Source: Octopus sinensis (taxonomy: Eukaryota). From it: 64,000 nucleotides of DNA. The position numbers and the translations under genes are program-made. Positions 22,975 through 36,460 of this stretch are shown in pieces (positions within the stretch are counted from its first letter, which is position 1; each line of letters opens with the position of its first letter). Under the pieces are notes generated by a model, which saw nothing but the letters and a program-made list of their open reading frames with translations, had not been told where the DNA came from and did not search any database. Location: the NCBI RefSeq assembly GCF_006345805.1, contig NC_042998.1:122388001-122452000 (forward strand). Reading direction: 5' to 3'.

Positions 22975-25900
22975 TCATCGTTTAACATCTGGTTTCCATG
23001 CTGGCATAGGCTGATTGGTTTGACCAGAGCTGGCAAGCTGGTGAGTTTTACCAGGTTCCAGTCTGATTTGGTTTGGTTTCTATGGTTGCATGTCCTTCCT
23101 AGCACCAACCACTTTACAAGAGTGTGCTGGGTGTTATTTACATGAACTGGCATGAGGGCTCTTGCAAGGCAAAACCCTTTTCAGCTAGGAGGAGAGCATT
23201 AATAATTTTACTGTTGTGGGCAGGTCTTCTTGAATACAGTGAGGTGCCAAATATCTCAGTCATGTCCTCTATAAGGCTCAGTGTCTTGAGATCAACCTTT
23301 AGTACTTTGTCATATGTCCTCCTGGATCTCTCTCTTCCACTAGTTCCATCAACTTTAAGTGATCAGCATTTCTTTATGTAGTCTCTACATCCATCCGCAT
23401 CACCTGATCAAACAAGTGCTACCTTCTTTCTTGCATACTGCATCTAATTCTTCTTATGCCTAACTTTTCTTTCAATATGCTAGCACTCTGTTGCACATGT
23501 ACACTTACACTGCACCTCCAGCAGAGCATACTAACTTTATTTCTCTCTAGCCTTTACATGTCCTTTGCATTCAGGGCCCATATTTCACTACCATGTAGTA
23601 TCACTGTTTGTATACATGCACCATACAATCTTCCTTTCACTTGGAGAGAGAGAGAGACAGACCTTTGGTTGCCATCAGTGGCAAAAGCTCTGAATTTTCT
23701 CCATCCTATTCTTATTTTAGTGTTTATACTTTTTGTACATCCACTCCCACTACTAATTTGACTCCCTTGGTAGAAGAAATTATCCAGTACCTCTAAAGAG
23801 CTTCTTGGGTATTTGAGAGAATTAATTTCCTGAATATGTGTATCCTTTATAGTTCTGGTGTATCTACATCTTCCACAAACACTGCTTTCTCTGATAGCCC
23901 AATACCCTTATATTATTTCACTGCACTCTTGTGCACTGAGTACACCATATGGAGTTCCTGCCTATACCTTTTCCACATATTAAGGACCATTCACTTAAAG
24001 TGGGTAGGGTCCTGCTGTTTTGTTACTTGCTAAAATCTTAGTCTTCGATAAGTTAATCTTAGGTCTCTTTGATTCCAGGTTTTGCTTCCACACATGGAAT
24101 TTCTTTTCTAGTTCTGTCACAGAATCTGCTATGAGAGCAAGGTCATCAACATATAACACTTCCCAGGGTCAGTCCGGTCTTGAATTCCTGTTATGGCCCA
24201 AAGGACTATTATGAAAAGGTGGAGACTGAGAACTGAGTCCTGATGAGTGCCTACTTGTACACCAAATCCATCACTGTACTCATGGTCAACTCTCACCTTG
24301 CTGACAGAGCCCCTGTACATGGCCTGTACAGCTTTCACAAGCCACCTATCTACTCCAAGCACCCACAGAGCCCACCATATCACCCAGGCTTTCTCTAGAT
24401 CAACAAATGTCAAGCATAATGGCTTATTCTTTGATAAATACTCTTCTTGCATCAGTAGTACTTCTCCCCAGCACAAAGCCAAACTGCCTATTATCTAGCA
24501 TAATTCTGTTTCTAATTAATTGGGCTATAACTCTCTGTAACTTTCATCACCTGGTCCAGCAATTTAACGCCTCTATAATTACATTGGTCTGTGGCATCTC
24601 TCTTGTAACAGCTGACTATAATGCTGCTACACCAGTCACTAGAGGCTGCACTTTACTAAATAACCTGATTAACTATGCAGGTGACAAGGCTGATATTTTA
24701 AATATCTCAGCAGTGACTCCAGATTGACCAAGAGCTTGTCCTGCCTTCATACCTTTAATTACTCTATCTATTATACTGTTGTCAACTAAGATAACTGGTT
24801 TTTCTGTTAGGTTCACATGAGGGAAATTCCCTTGCTCCCCTTCATTCTCCACATTTAATAACTTTACATAGTAACTCTTCCATGCCACTTTCTTTTCAAA
24901 ATCATTTAGTGCAAACATACCATTATCCATCCATATACACTTCTCTCTCACAATATCTCGATTCTCTCTGACACTGCCTAGCAATCTGCAACACTTCAAG
25001 TTTCTGATCTTCATGCTGCAAGACATTGGCAAATCTCTTCCTTTCTGTTTCTGCCCTAGCTAGACAAATCTGATGCTTAGCTTCTCTTTAGCTATCAGAT
25101 GGCCAGTATGCATGGGCGACTGCTCGTCTTCCATAAACAACCTTGCCCAGACTTGTGCCTCAGAGGGTAACTTTCTAGGCGCAATCCCATGGTCATTCAT
25201 GACCGAAGGGGTCACAAAAAAAGCTATCTGATATGGTTCTTTGCTATCCTTCTCTTTTCCACTCTTTCCACACCTGTCTCTTCTTTTTTTATGGCCCTGT
25301 CAGCCTCACTCTTCTACCACTATGTCACTCTTGGTCTGGCAGAGGCTTTGCTCCAACCACAGATTTGTCCTGTCACCTTCAGGAGATTGTCCTGCTTGAA
25401 CTTCCAGTTATCCTCTATGTCATATGTCTCCATCTCTTCCTCCTTCTCATGAAAGGCTTCGTTAAGAATATCTCTAAATCTCTGCCCTTTTGAAGGTTCC
25501 TTGAGTTTCCATAACCTCCTTTTTCATATCAGTTTGTGGCTCTGGATTATTCAAGCCTTAAGTCTGAAGTCACTAACCACTAGCCTTTGTTGAGTTGTAC
25601 ATTTTTCACCTAGAAAGGATTTTGCATTCACTAGCATATGCATGTCCCTGTTTCTGGTGAGAATGTAGTAAATCTGGTTAGTGTGCCTACCAGAGTGATA
25701 AGTGATCAGATGGCTGGCAGGTTTCCTGAAGTTGCTGTTGCAGACTAGTAAGTCCAGTACATCACAAAACTGTAGCAGCCGTGTTCCCTCTGCATTTCTA
25801 GAGCCAAAATTGTAGCCTCTATACACAACCTGAAATACATTGAAGTATTTCCCAACATGATCATTGAAGTCCCCTTTCACAATGAGAACGTCATTGTCTT

Positions 25901-26400
25901 TTGTTGTTGAGGTAAACCACAGAAAGGATTCATAGAAACATTCCTACTGAATATCCGTGAGTCTGATGAGTAGAGCACATGCAGAGATAAATGATACTCT
26001 TACATTAAACAAGACTTACTAATCCTATTACATTCTCTGACTACCTCAGTTACCTTATCCACCCATTTCTCTGCCAGAAGAATACCAACACCACCTAGAC
26101 AATCATTGTTGCACACTCAGAAAAGCTTGTGTCTATGACTCTTGTCTGTAAGCAATCTGGCTGAGGTTCCCCTTCCTCATACCTCTTGCACACAGTACAC
26201 ATCTACACTTCTCTGCTCAAGCATTTCAACAACCTCACTAGACCTACCTTTCACTGTGCCAACGTTGATTGTGGAAGCTCATATCCTGTGGACCTGGGAA
26301 AGCTGGGCGGGATGTTGAGAGATGTTTTCAACATCTGGGAAGAAGAATATCTTTGTGGTTGCTTGCCTGGAGGCAGTGGGTGCAGGTAACAGCATGAATT
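22975..26400 (-). mobile_element. Near full-length RTE-clade LINE, inactivated ORF2 (APE endonuclease plus RT)
   Basis: APE: TINVGTVKGRSSEVVEMLEQRSVDVYCVQEV, GDFNDHVG, RNAEGTRLLQFC, ITYHSG..QI.YIL; RT: KNKPLCLTFVDLEKA, GVQVGTHQDSVLS; 3' tail as in other copies; many stops and frameshifts. Confidence 0.93.
25097..25221 (+). mobile_element. 125-bp retroposed insert with A-tail inside the LINE
   Basis: Flanked by direct repeat agctatc (25090-25096 and 25222-25228); ends in acaaaaaa; CpG-rich relative to the host LINE. Confidence 0.7.
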
Positions 26401-27764
26401 ACAATTTCAATTTCCTTCAGCTTCATAAAGCCTTTGTGGGTATGCATCTGCTATGGGGACTAATTACAATACTGTCATCTGCATTATATACATATATTTA
26501 TATATATATATGCATGCACACACATGCATATGAACATACAGGCTCTACACACACACATGCTTTCACATACTAATCTTGATTCTAGGAATCAAATTGATTT
26601 TTAAATACTTAAACTGTTTAATGGACACAGTCTACCCCAATGCACATAAAAATAGATTGACTTTTGTTCCTTTAGTAAGCTATTGATCTATAATAAGAAG
26701 GATTCACAGTTCATATCAAATCACAAAGCTGCCACTGTATTCACAGAAGTACTTAACTTAATGATTTAGTCCATCTATTTTCTTTTAATCTAATCAAAGA
26801 TGAACACTGCTAATGTGTCAGTAATATATTTATCAAAGTTGCCAATTTGATGTATCCAATTTAATAAAACCTTTAATTATAGTGGTTATGTGTACGATAT
26901 TACTGCAGGTACTTAGGGTAACATAACCAGTTACTGATGAAATCTCAATAAAATTTGAAATCGATCCAGTTGATCTTTCTTTCTCTGTTCATGGTGAAAC
27001 TGTATGAAAAGTCAGGTGTTTATGACTGTCCAATGTATTTAATTAAGTTTAATTAATTTTTACACAGTGTCAACTGAAATCTATAGTTTTATTGTGCAGT
27101 ATTATCTTACCAAAGCTGAACACAGCTAACATGGAAGTAATGTCACTTCTCCAAATTATGTACTAAACATTTTCTCCATTTCTTCTCTGAAATGCTTCAT
27201 TCCAGAACTCAAATTTCATTCTGCTATCCTTTCAATTGCTGTTGTGTTCTGTTACTCTATTAAACGTAAATGAAATATTCACTGATCTATGAAATTTTAT
27301 ATACTCATTAATACTTGTAGCATTTATATGTAAATTTTACATATGGGTAAAATTTTGTTCCCTCAGTATTGAATCATTTTTGGAGCAATTTCACTATGCT
27401 CTCAGTATATTAAAGGTTTAAAGGTAACAAAAATCAGATTAATTACTGGGTAATGTTACCAAGTTACAGAAGCCATTGTGAATCCTGCTATGCTTTGAAT
27501 CAATGTGTCAGAACTTTATAATCATATTTGTTATACTTGTATTATTTAATTAAAATATTATTTTTCTGTCAGTTGCACATGGACTATATTTAAATATGAC
27601 ACACTGATAATGTCTTCAGAATACCTAATTGCTATCATGATTATAACAAATAATATAAGGACCACGTAATGTTTAGCAACAGGGAGCAGTTGCATTTTTC
27701 TCAATAAACAAAACAGCAGCCAAATTATATTAAACATCTCCTTGAACAATATCTTTTATCTCTT

Positions 27765-28140
27765 CTCTTATACTTGTTTCAGTCATTAGACTGTGGCCAT
27801 GCTGGGGCACCACCTTGAAGAATTTTTAGCTGAATTACTTGACCCCAGTACTTTTTTTTAAACCTGGTACTTATTCAACTGCTTTTGCCAAACTGCTAAG
27901 TTATGAGGATGTAAATACACCAACATTGGTTGTCAAGTGGTGGTGGGGAACAAACACAGACACAAAGATACACACACACATACATGGTGGGCTTCTTTCA
28001 GTTTCTGTCTACCAAATCAACTCCCAAGGCTTTGGTCAGCCCAAGACTATAGTAGAAGACACTTACCAGAGGTGCCTCACAGTGGGACTGAACCAGAACC
28101 ATGTGGTTGGGATGCAAGCTTCTTACAACACAGCTATGCC
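27765..28140 (-). mobile_element. SINE family A
   Basis: Tail, core and head all align with 20222-20650. Confidence 0.85.
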
Positions 28141-28499
28141 TATTGTATTTCTTAGAATATAATTTTTCTGTTAAATGCATTTTTTTTCTATTAAAGACAT
28201 CTGAACAAAAAAGTTTAATCTCTGCTGACATCTTGAACATTTTTATATCCTCCAGCTGAGCAAATGATAAATAAATACAGATGTCTAAGTTGATAATGTA
28301 TTGGCGAGATGATAAGTTGTATAGTTTTCAATTACTCATTAGAACTGTACAGTATCCATTAAGCAAGACACTATACTCTCACTGGTTCTGTTTACATAGC
28401 TGTATCAGATACAGCAGGATATATGCAATGAAAGCACTGTTTAATTAATAATTGTTTAATTCACTGCGATATTGAATTTAATGAATTCACACACTGTTT

Positions 28500-28900
28500 G
28501 AGACCATACTGACCCTTCTTAACAATTTGTTGCTATCTCATGATGAGTATTGTTCACATACAAACCCCTGTAATCGATCAGGTCAACTATTGATAGCAAT
28601 CCATCAACAAATACTGACTTATAGTACTGAAATGTCAATCTTATATTGACTTTTAACACCATTTTGCCTATTAACTTTTGATTATTAACATTGGTTAGTC
28701 CATTATCAGGTGGCAATTGACTGCAACTAGTACTCTGACCTTCCACATCATTTGTCCATCAAATGTTGACCATTGACCTTTGGTGTCTTGTCCCCCTGAA
28801 TCTGACCTTTAACACTATTTAATCAATTACATATTGACTTTTAACATCAATTCACTGCACACTGACCTTTAACATTAACTAGTCAATCATATACTGACCA
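28500..28900. repeat. Cryptic ~30/60-bp repeat rich in TGAC(C/T)TT motifs
   Basis: ctgacctttaaca at 28802 and 28862; ttgacttttaaca at about 28645 and 28834. Confidence 0.55.
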
Positions 28901-31299
28901 TCTAGATCTAATTCTTTCTGAAACTCTCATCTCATAAAGTATTCCTCAGAAGTCAGAATCTTACATAAATAAATTCTTTATTTGAAAAGCTAGTTTTATA
29001 ATCAGTAGTTTTGAGAAATTTATGTTATTTCTGTGAAGATGACCAGCATTCATAACAAGAATAATATTACAGCTATGATAATTGATGTTATCATTGCTAG
29101 AATTTGTTGTTGTGATATTGTTGTTTTTGTTCTAGACTTCAAGATAACTGCTTATAAGGTTTGATGCTTATGACCATTTTCAACAAATATTTTACAAGGC
29201 AATCAATTTTGTTAGCTAGGTGATATTTAGCAATAAATTTATGAGACCAGCAAAGAGAAACTTTACAAATCTATGATGGATAATTTTAGCATCAGAACTG
29301 AAATCAAGTTTTATTTCACTAGTTGTAATCAAAATTTTTATGGTGACTTTTCAATTCATATTGGATATTTTTGTTGTCATTTCATTGAAGATATTTAATG
29401 TGTAACTGTTGCTGCATCTTTCACCGTAGAGTCTTAAATTATTAGCCAAGTATGTTAAGAGAAAGACCTATATATTTCTGATAAATAAGTAGGTGGTTGA
29501 TGTACTGAATCCACTGTGAAAAATTTATAAATTAACTTAAACTTTTCTTTTAGTTAGAGAAACACAAAAATTGGCTGCCAACTCACAAAGCAAAGGCAAA
29601 AAAATTTCAGGAAATTATGAATCAATTTCATTATCTTAATTTACATACTCAAGTGGAATCTGTTCTGTGTTTGCATGCAAGGGGACATCAACTGTTTCAG
29701 ATATGTAGAACCTCATAAGCTTCATATAATCCATTCTGTTCATCCCAGCTGTGATTATGCTGCCTCTTAAGATCGTGGAGAACTTTGTTATTTAATGTGC
29801 CCATTAATTATTTAAGATGGCTGAGGTGTGATTTTTAGGTAGAGGTGATTGTTAATTCTCAGAGTTGTTAATGGTCACACTGAGGATTCTTCTTTGGCTT
29901 CTCACTACCATAATAAGTTAAAAGTCAAAGGCACTGGCAAAAATAGTAATACATCAGATGAAACAACTCACAGAGTTAATTTCTCGTGTCTAACATTCTG
30001 ATCAAAGTTAATTGGAGACAGCCAATGTCATCAACATTTATGCTTGATGAATGAAAATATAAGCCAATCTTTTTTTCCAAGAAACCTGAATTGAAGCCAT
30101 TACATTGCAGATGCCAACGTCTCTCAGGGCCTCATCTTGCAAGTGAAATTCTTGCTAATAATAATATTTGATGAATGAATGTGTGTATTATGTTAGTCTT
30201 CTAAACAACAGAACTAATCCATTACTTCTAGTAGACAACAAATAGGTCTGTTGCAAAAAAAAGGAAAAAAAAAAACCAAATGCATTCCAATTTTCACTTT
30301 CTATTACTCTTTCTTTTTGTCTTCTTTCTTCTCTTCTTTCTCTCTTATTTCCTTAGCAGGAATTTCATGAAGTAATTACAATGCAGTTGTGCAAGGAAAT
30401 GTTGATTCCTGCATCTTACTTGCAATTGAGATTGCATTTCAAGTTTCTCTTTGCACATGTTAAATTGGAATTTCAGCAAGTCTAAAAAGACATAGATACA
30501 GAGTGGGGATAATGCTTTCCTGTTCCTGAGGTCAACATTGCTGTAAACCCTTATGTCAATCCTCGTTCAATAGTCAAAACACTAGGAAGCAGAAAATCGA
30601 TAAGTTTTCATGTAAGAATTAGCTAGAAGTTTCTCAGTAATAATAAACTTAAGAATAAAGCTGTAAGATGAGAAGTGAGTGAAAGAATCTGACAAGCTGG
30701 AGATAAAATACTTATTACTCTCTTTCTCTCTCACTGTTTCTTGTTGTCTCTCTCTTTCTCATTAACACACACACACACACATGCATACACACACATGCAT
30801 ACACACACACATGTAAATATGCATATACACATGGTGTGTATTACATGTGTGTGTGTGTTTTGAAATTTGAATTTGTTTAAAACATATTTCTTAGATAATG
30901 AATAAATATCATATATATCATATATATCATATATATCTTACACCCCCCCACACACACATGTATGTTTATATATATGTATATATATATGTATATATATATG
31001 TATATATATGTGTGCTTGTGCGTGTATTTGTATGTGTGTGTGTGTATTGAAATATATCTGATGTGCAATATATGAGTTTATCTTTTCCAGTAGTGTTCAC
31101 AAAAAGCTTCTTTAGCAAAATAGGCTACGAACTGCATCATAAACCAAGAAATACAACCTGTATAGATATTTCTATAAAACATAATGCTGTATGTTTGGCT
31201 AGTAAGTGAGAGATACATGGTTCGGTTCTAACCAATGAATTTGTAATTATGTTTAGTTTTTAGGTTGTTATTTATCCCTGTATGATATTTAACATTGTT

Positions 31300-32040
31300 T
31301 TGTAAATGCTCTCTCTCTCTCTTTCTCCCATACACACCTATATACACACACTCACACACACCTATACACACACTCACACACACCTATACACACACTCACA
31401 CCCATTCCATCATATGCCCACTTGCAAGTGTGCACACCTCTCTTTGACTTCTCATAGGACAGTATTCCTGACTTTTTATCTTGTCCCACATCTTTCCCTC
31501 CAATTCAATATTAATCTTTCACACATGCACACACACATACACACACACACATGCACACACGCACACACACACATGCACACACACACATGCACACACGCAC
31601 ACACACACATGCACACATGCACACACACACATGCACACACATATGCACATGTACACATGCACACACATGCATGTACACACATACACTCTCTCTTCCTGTT
31701 TCCCAGTATTTCCTTTTTGCCTCTTTTTCTCTAAGATGAAAGTCTCACTTTCAAAATGGCAAAAAATTCTTTTCTCTTTCCATGCAAGTCTTAAACAAAT
31801 ACCTGTCTCATTATATTGTGTTCTTTTTGAGTTTTTTTTAACTGTTTTCACCATCTTTTAACTTTGCATTATGCATACATACATGCATGCATGCATACAT
31901 ACATACATGCATGCATACATACAATACATACATACATACAAACACACACACATACATACACACACATACATATATTTACACGTGCACATGCACACTCATG
32001 TACACACACACATGCACAGATATGCACACTATCTCCCCCC

Positions 32041-32070
<30 letters not shown>
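31300..32070. repeat. CA/CATA/CT microsatellite mosaic
   Basis: Simple-repeat runs that produce the His/Thr-rich ORFs. Confidence 0.9.
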
Positions 32071-32071
<1 letters not shown>

Positions 32072-32599
32072 TTTACTCGGTTAGGAAGGTGATTTTGGAC
32101 ACCCAGCAGGAAGAAGAACAAGAACTGTCAAAGAACAGATTAGTTTGGGATTGTCAATAACTGTCCAAGAACGTGTACATATGCATGTAAAGCATATGTG
32201 TTAGTGACATGTTTATATTTTATTCAAATGAAGAATGGAAGAAGCAATTTTCATCTCCATAGTTTTGAGATTGGCAGCTGCAGGCCAACTGAGGAAACTG
32301 GTGCTTGTGTCAACATACTATCAAGCTTATTTAGAAGCACAGATGTAGGGCAAATATTTAGAATGATATTTTATGGTCTGGACACTCACCAAGTTGCTAT
32401 GAAGTCTGGTGCTTGTATGAGAATATCTTGCATTCTCATATAAGCTCAATTGTCTTGACTTTTTTTACTACTGGACATATTTTGTAAGAATGAAAGCAAA
32501 TCTGTAGTTTTTCTCCATAAAAGAAAGCTTTCTACTAGTGTAACATCTGCCTAGGTTCTTGTCAAATTTAATGACTGACCCATCATGTCATACACAAGT

Positions 32600-33047
32600 A
32601 TTCTTTTATTCTTTTACTTGTTTCAGTCATTCAACTGCAGCCATGCTGGAGCACCACCTTTAGTTGAACAAATCAATCCCAGGACTTATTCTTTGTAAGC
32701 CAAGTACTTATTCTATCGTCTGTATTGCCAAACTGCTAAGTTACAGGGATGTGAACACACTAGTAAACACACTAATATCGGTTGTCAAGCGATGGTGGGG
32801 GGACCAATGGACACACAAATACATACACATGCATACACACACATGCGTGTGCACACACACACACAACACACACACACACACACACACATATGCACGACAG
32901 GCTTCTTTCAGCTTCTGTCTACCAAATCCACTCAGAACGCTTTGGTCAACCTGAGGTTATAGTAGAAGACATTTGTCCAAGATGCCACGCAATGGGACTG
33001 AACCTGGAACCATGTGGTTGGGAAGCAAGCTTCTAACTACACAGCCA
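32600..33047 (-). mobile_element. SINE family A
   Basis: Aligns with 20222-20650. Confidence 0.88.
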
Positions 33048-33319
33048 ATCCTTCAATTTTGTTTTACCTCTTTTGAATTACAATGAACCATATTTACCAA
33101 ATGCTTATTTCTAGTTTTTCTAGGGAGCTTGTTCCCAACAGGAGGGGAACTAAACTTGGCCTTGTCACTGTTTGGTGGGTTGAGCTGTTCCTATTTTAAC
33201 CATTTTGTGGTAGACTAGCAATTGTGAGAATCTCAGAATTGATAACATGCATCTTTTCATTAGCTCCACATTGATTACTCCAAACGTTTTCAGCTTCATG
33301 CTGATTATTCCCTCCCATT

Positions 33320-33700
33320 CTTGTGTGATGTAAGCAACCATATATATCCTCTACAGCAAGAAACCTGTTTTAGCCCCTTTCTCCATACTCTTACTTTCAT
33401 CACCTAACATAAAGCTATCTCCCTTTTTAATGTAGCCCCACTCAACCACAGAGGATCATCTTAGTTTTGCAAGCTACAGAGTGATTGCACTAGTGCTGGT
33501 GCCACAAAAGAGCACTTAGCTTACTCTGTAAAGTGGTTGGTGTTAGGAAGGACATCCAGCTGTTGAAGCCATGCCTAAGCAGACATCAGAGCATGACACA
33601 GTCTTCTAAACCATTGGCTCCTGTCAAGCCATCTGGCCAATGCCAGCATGGAAGATGGATGTTAAAAGATGATTATGATGGTGATGATGATGATGATGAT
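33320..33700 (+). mobile_element. Composite repeat: CT-rich segment plus RTE tail ending in (GAT)n
   Basis: Homologous to 9500-9860 and 50500-50855. Confidence 0.6.
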
Positions 33701-34860
33701 ATAAAAGCCTCTGTTATTTGGAACAAGCTAGCCTTGTTTCCATTTAATGCAGACATCCTGACCAACTTGTCTTTCTGTCTCATGCCACTCTTTTTGCACC
33801 CGACCTACTCAGCTCCACCCTAACCAATATTCACAGTTGTTTTTTCCCAGAACATTGACCCTTGGGAATCTTCTCCTACTGATGACAAGAAGGGGATTCA
33901 GCTATAGAAAATCTACCTCAGCAAATTCTGTCCAATTCATGCAAGCTTAGAAAAGCAGACAATAATACAATGATGATTTGGATGATGATGAAAATGATAT
34001 ACATTAGTTTTATCAGTTTCTATCAGCCTAATTCACTCACTAGGCACTGTGCAGTGGGGCTGAACCTGAAACCACATAGTTGCAAATTGACTTTGTAACT
34101 ACACAACCAAGTCTGCACTGATATAAAGACATACATTCTCCATGCAAATATACATACAAAACAGTTCAGTATGTAAAAGAATATGCATTCTTGATTAACA
34201 TGTACAGGCTTAAAAATATATTTAGTTTTGCTTTGGACTAGCAATATTGGGGTTACGACACTAGATGTATTCATCATGTTGCATGGTTGGCAGCAGATTA
34301 ACCAGTTTAGGATTTATTAGTTACTTCATCATGCTCACGAGTAGTTCACCATACGACCGACCAAATTTAACAAAGTTGCTGCAAGTAAACAGACGATATT
34401 GTCCAGTTGTAGACATAGCTCTGACAAATTTTAACACTAAAAGCTATGTAGCATGAATAAGAATCAGTTGAGTATATGAGAGTATTGCCAGAATATTATT
34501 CTAGAACAAGATCGAATATGATAAAGCATTTATAAATGTCATATATATAACACGCTTATATACAAAACCGTTTTGTGATTAGATTGAATAGCATCCAAAA
34601 TAATAACAAACATACATGTACACACATATGTATATGTTAATTTGTGTAAAATAAACAAGAGTTATATCCCTGAACCATGACTTTGCTCATGTATCATTAA
34701 CTGACCAAATAAAGTTGTGGTTTAGACATGTAATCCATATTTATCTCACACAGATAAACATATATAGTGTTTTTCACATGCTTGAAATAAACTGTACTGA
34801 ATACTTTTATGCTTCTGTGCCACAACATAAATAAAGGTTGTATATATATATATATATATG

Positions 34861-34969
34861 TTATAGTGGGGTAGGCTGGTTTATAGGGTTACCCTGGGTT
34901 TCTTGCTCATAAGGGGTTTAGCCTTACAGCATATCCTCAGACCCCGTAAACTGGCCTACCCCACTATAA
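34861..34969. mobile_element. 109-bp MITE-like inverted repeat (Tc1/mariner-type)
   Basis: ttatagtggggtaggctggttta versus taaactggcctaccccactataa: 21/23 complementary; lies next to a TA run. Confidence 0.65.
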
Positions 34970-35039
34970 TATTACATCTTAGAGTGTGCTTCACCTCCGG
35001 ATTTATGTATTTCTACATTCGATTCTATATATATATATA

Positions 35040-35400
35040 TCATCATCATCATCATCATCCTTTAGCATCTCTTTTTCCATACTGGTAGGGGTTGGATGGT
35101 TTGACCAGAGTTGGCAAGCTGGAGCACTGCACTAGGTTTCATTCTGATTTAGCTTGATTTCTACAACTGGATACCCTTTCTAACATCAACCACTTTACAG
35201 AGGGTGCTTTTAATGTTGCACTGGCATGAGTATTCTTACATGACGTTGGCACAGGTGCTTTTATGTGGCACCAGCATAGAACTCTTGCAGGTCAATCCTA
35301 TTAATCAGAGGGAGCAGCCTTAACAATTCTTGAGTACAGCAAGGCACCAAATTTCTTGGTCCTTTGTCATCTCCTCCATAAGGTTCAGTGTCCTGAGGTC
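35040..35400 (-). mobile_element. RTE LINE 3' end
   Basis: (CAT)n followed by ggttggatggtttgaccagagttggcaagctg; similar to 22975-23300. Confidence 0.8.
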
Positions 35401-35932
35401 ATCCTTATATATGTAAATAAACTGACACCCTGTTGGTTAAAATGGGTGCTTCAGCTGATCTGATCAATAGAACAGCTTGCTCATGAAATTAGTATGCAAA
35501 TAGCTGAGCACTCCATGAACATGTATACACTTAATGAATTCTGAGAGAAATTCAGTAAGACACAGAATGTAACAAAGTTGGCCTTTGAATTACTGATATA
35601 ACTCAGCTGAAATACCCCACATACATGTTTGCTTTCTCATTGCTAATGCTTTTTCCTGTGTGTATGCATAAATGTAATTCTTTACTCAAATAAATTGTAT
35701 TTCATATTTGAAGCTCTGATGAAGCTATCAGGTGTTACTCAGGTGTTATAGCAGAAACATAAGATAATTGTTTATTCTTTTGTTATCTCATTTTATTATT
35801 ACTGTTTTTGTACTTGACTAACATTTTGTTGTGAAGCATATGTATATTGAGTTTTACTCCTGGTTATTTGGATTGCAATATACCAGCAATATAAGCTAAA
35901 TGATGATGATGATGATATATATATATATATAT

Positions 35933-35993
<61 letters not shown>

Positions 35994-36179
35994 ATGTATG
36001 AGTGTGCAATTTATAGGGAATATCCAAGGGAATAATTACAAGATAGCTAAATGTTGCTTAAGTGTCCTAGGAAACAATGAACACACTTCTGTGTGGTTTG
36101 ATTCGTATTTAGGAGAAAACTGGAAAAATTGAAAAAGGAGACAAACGCTCAGGATGTTATTAAAACATTTATATCTTCC

Positions 36180-36271
36180 TATCTTCTACATATGTTTCGA
36201 TAGATGCATTGAACATACATCTGACAGGAAGAATTATGGTCAGCTGTGCATCAATCTCATCAGGAAAGATA
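36180..36271 (-). ncRNA. Type I hammerhead ribozyme, intact core
   Basis: UAUCUUUC-CUGAUGA-[G..58 nt..C stem II]-GAAA-CAUAUG-UA/GAAGAUA; core CUGAUGA at 36263-36257, GAAA at 36198-36195, predicted cleavage after GUA between 36187 and 36186. Confidence 0.75.
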
Positions 36272-36324
36272 TAAACTACACTAATCAAATGGACATATAT
36301 TCATATATATATATACATATCTTT

Positions 36325-36460
36325 TATCATTATCTTTTACTTGTTTCAGTCATTAGATTGCAGCCATGCTGGAGAACCACCTTAAAGAATTTTCAGTTGA
36401 ATGTATGAAGCACAGTACTTATTTTTTAAAGTCTGGTACTTAATCTATAGGTTTCTTTTG
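36325..36460 (-). mobile_element. SINE family A, 3' end
   Basis: cttttacttgtttcagtcattagattgcagccatgctggag. Confidence 0.75.

Noticed and set aside
26925-26972. CUGAUGA..GAAA-UCGAUC, hammerhead-like with palindromic AUCGAU
   Set aside because: Helix II is only 3 A-U pairs and no stem I can form (flanks are direct, not inverted)
29540-30620. Acceptor-like sites followed by 40-55 open codons
   Set aside because: No donors or homology; lengths are within chance expectation
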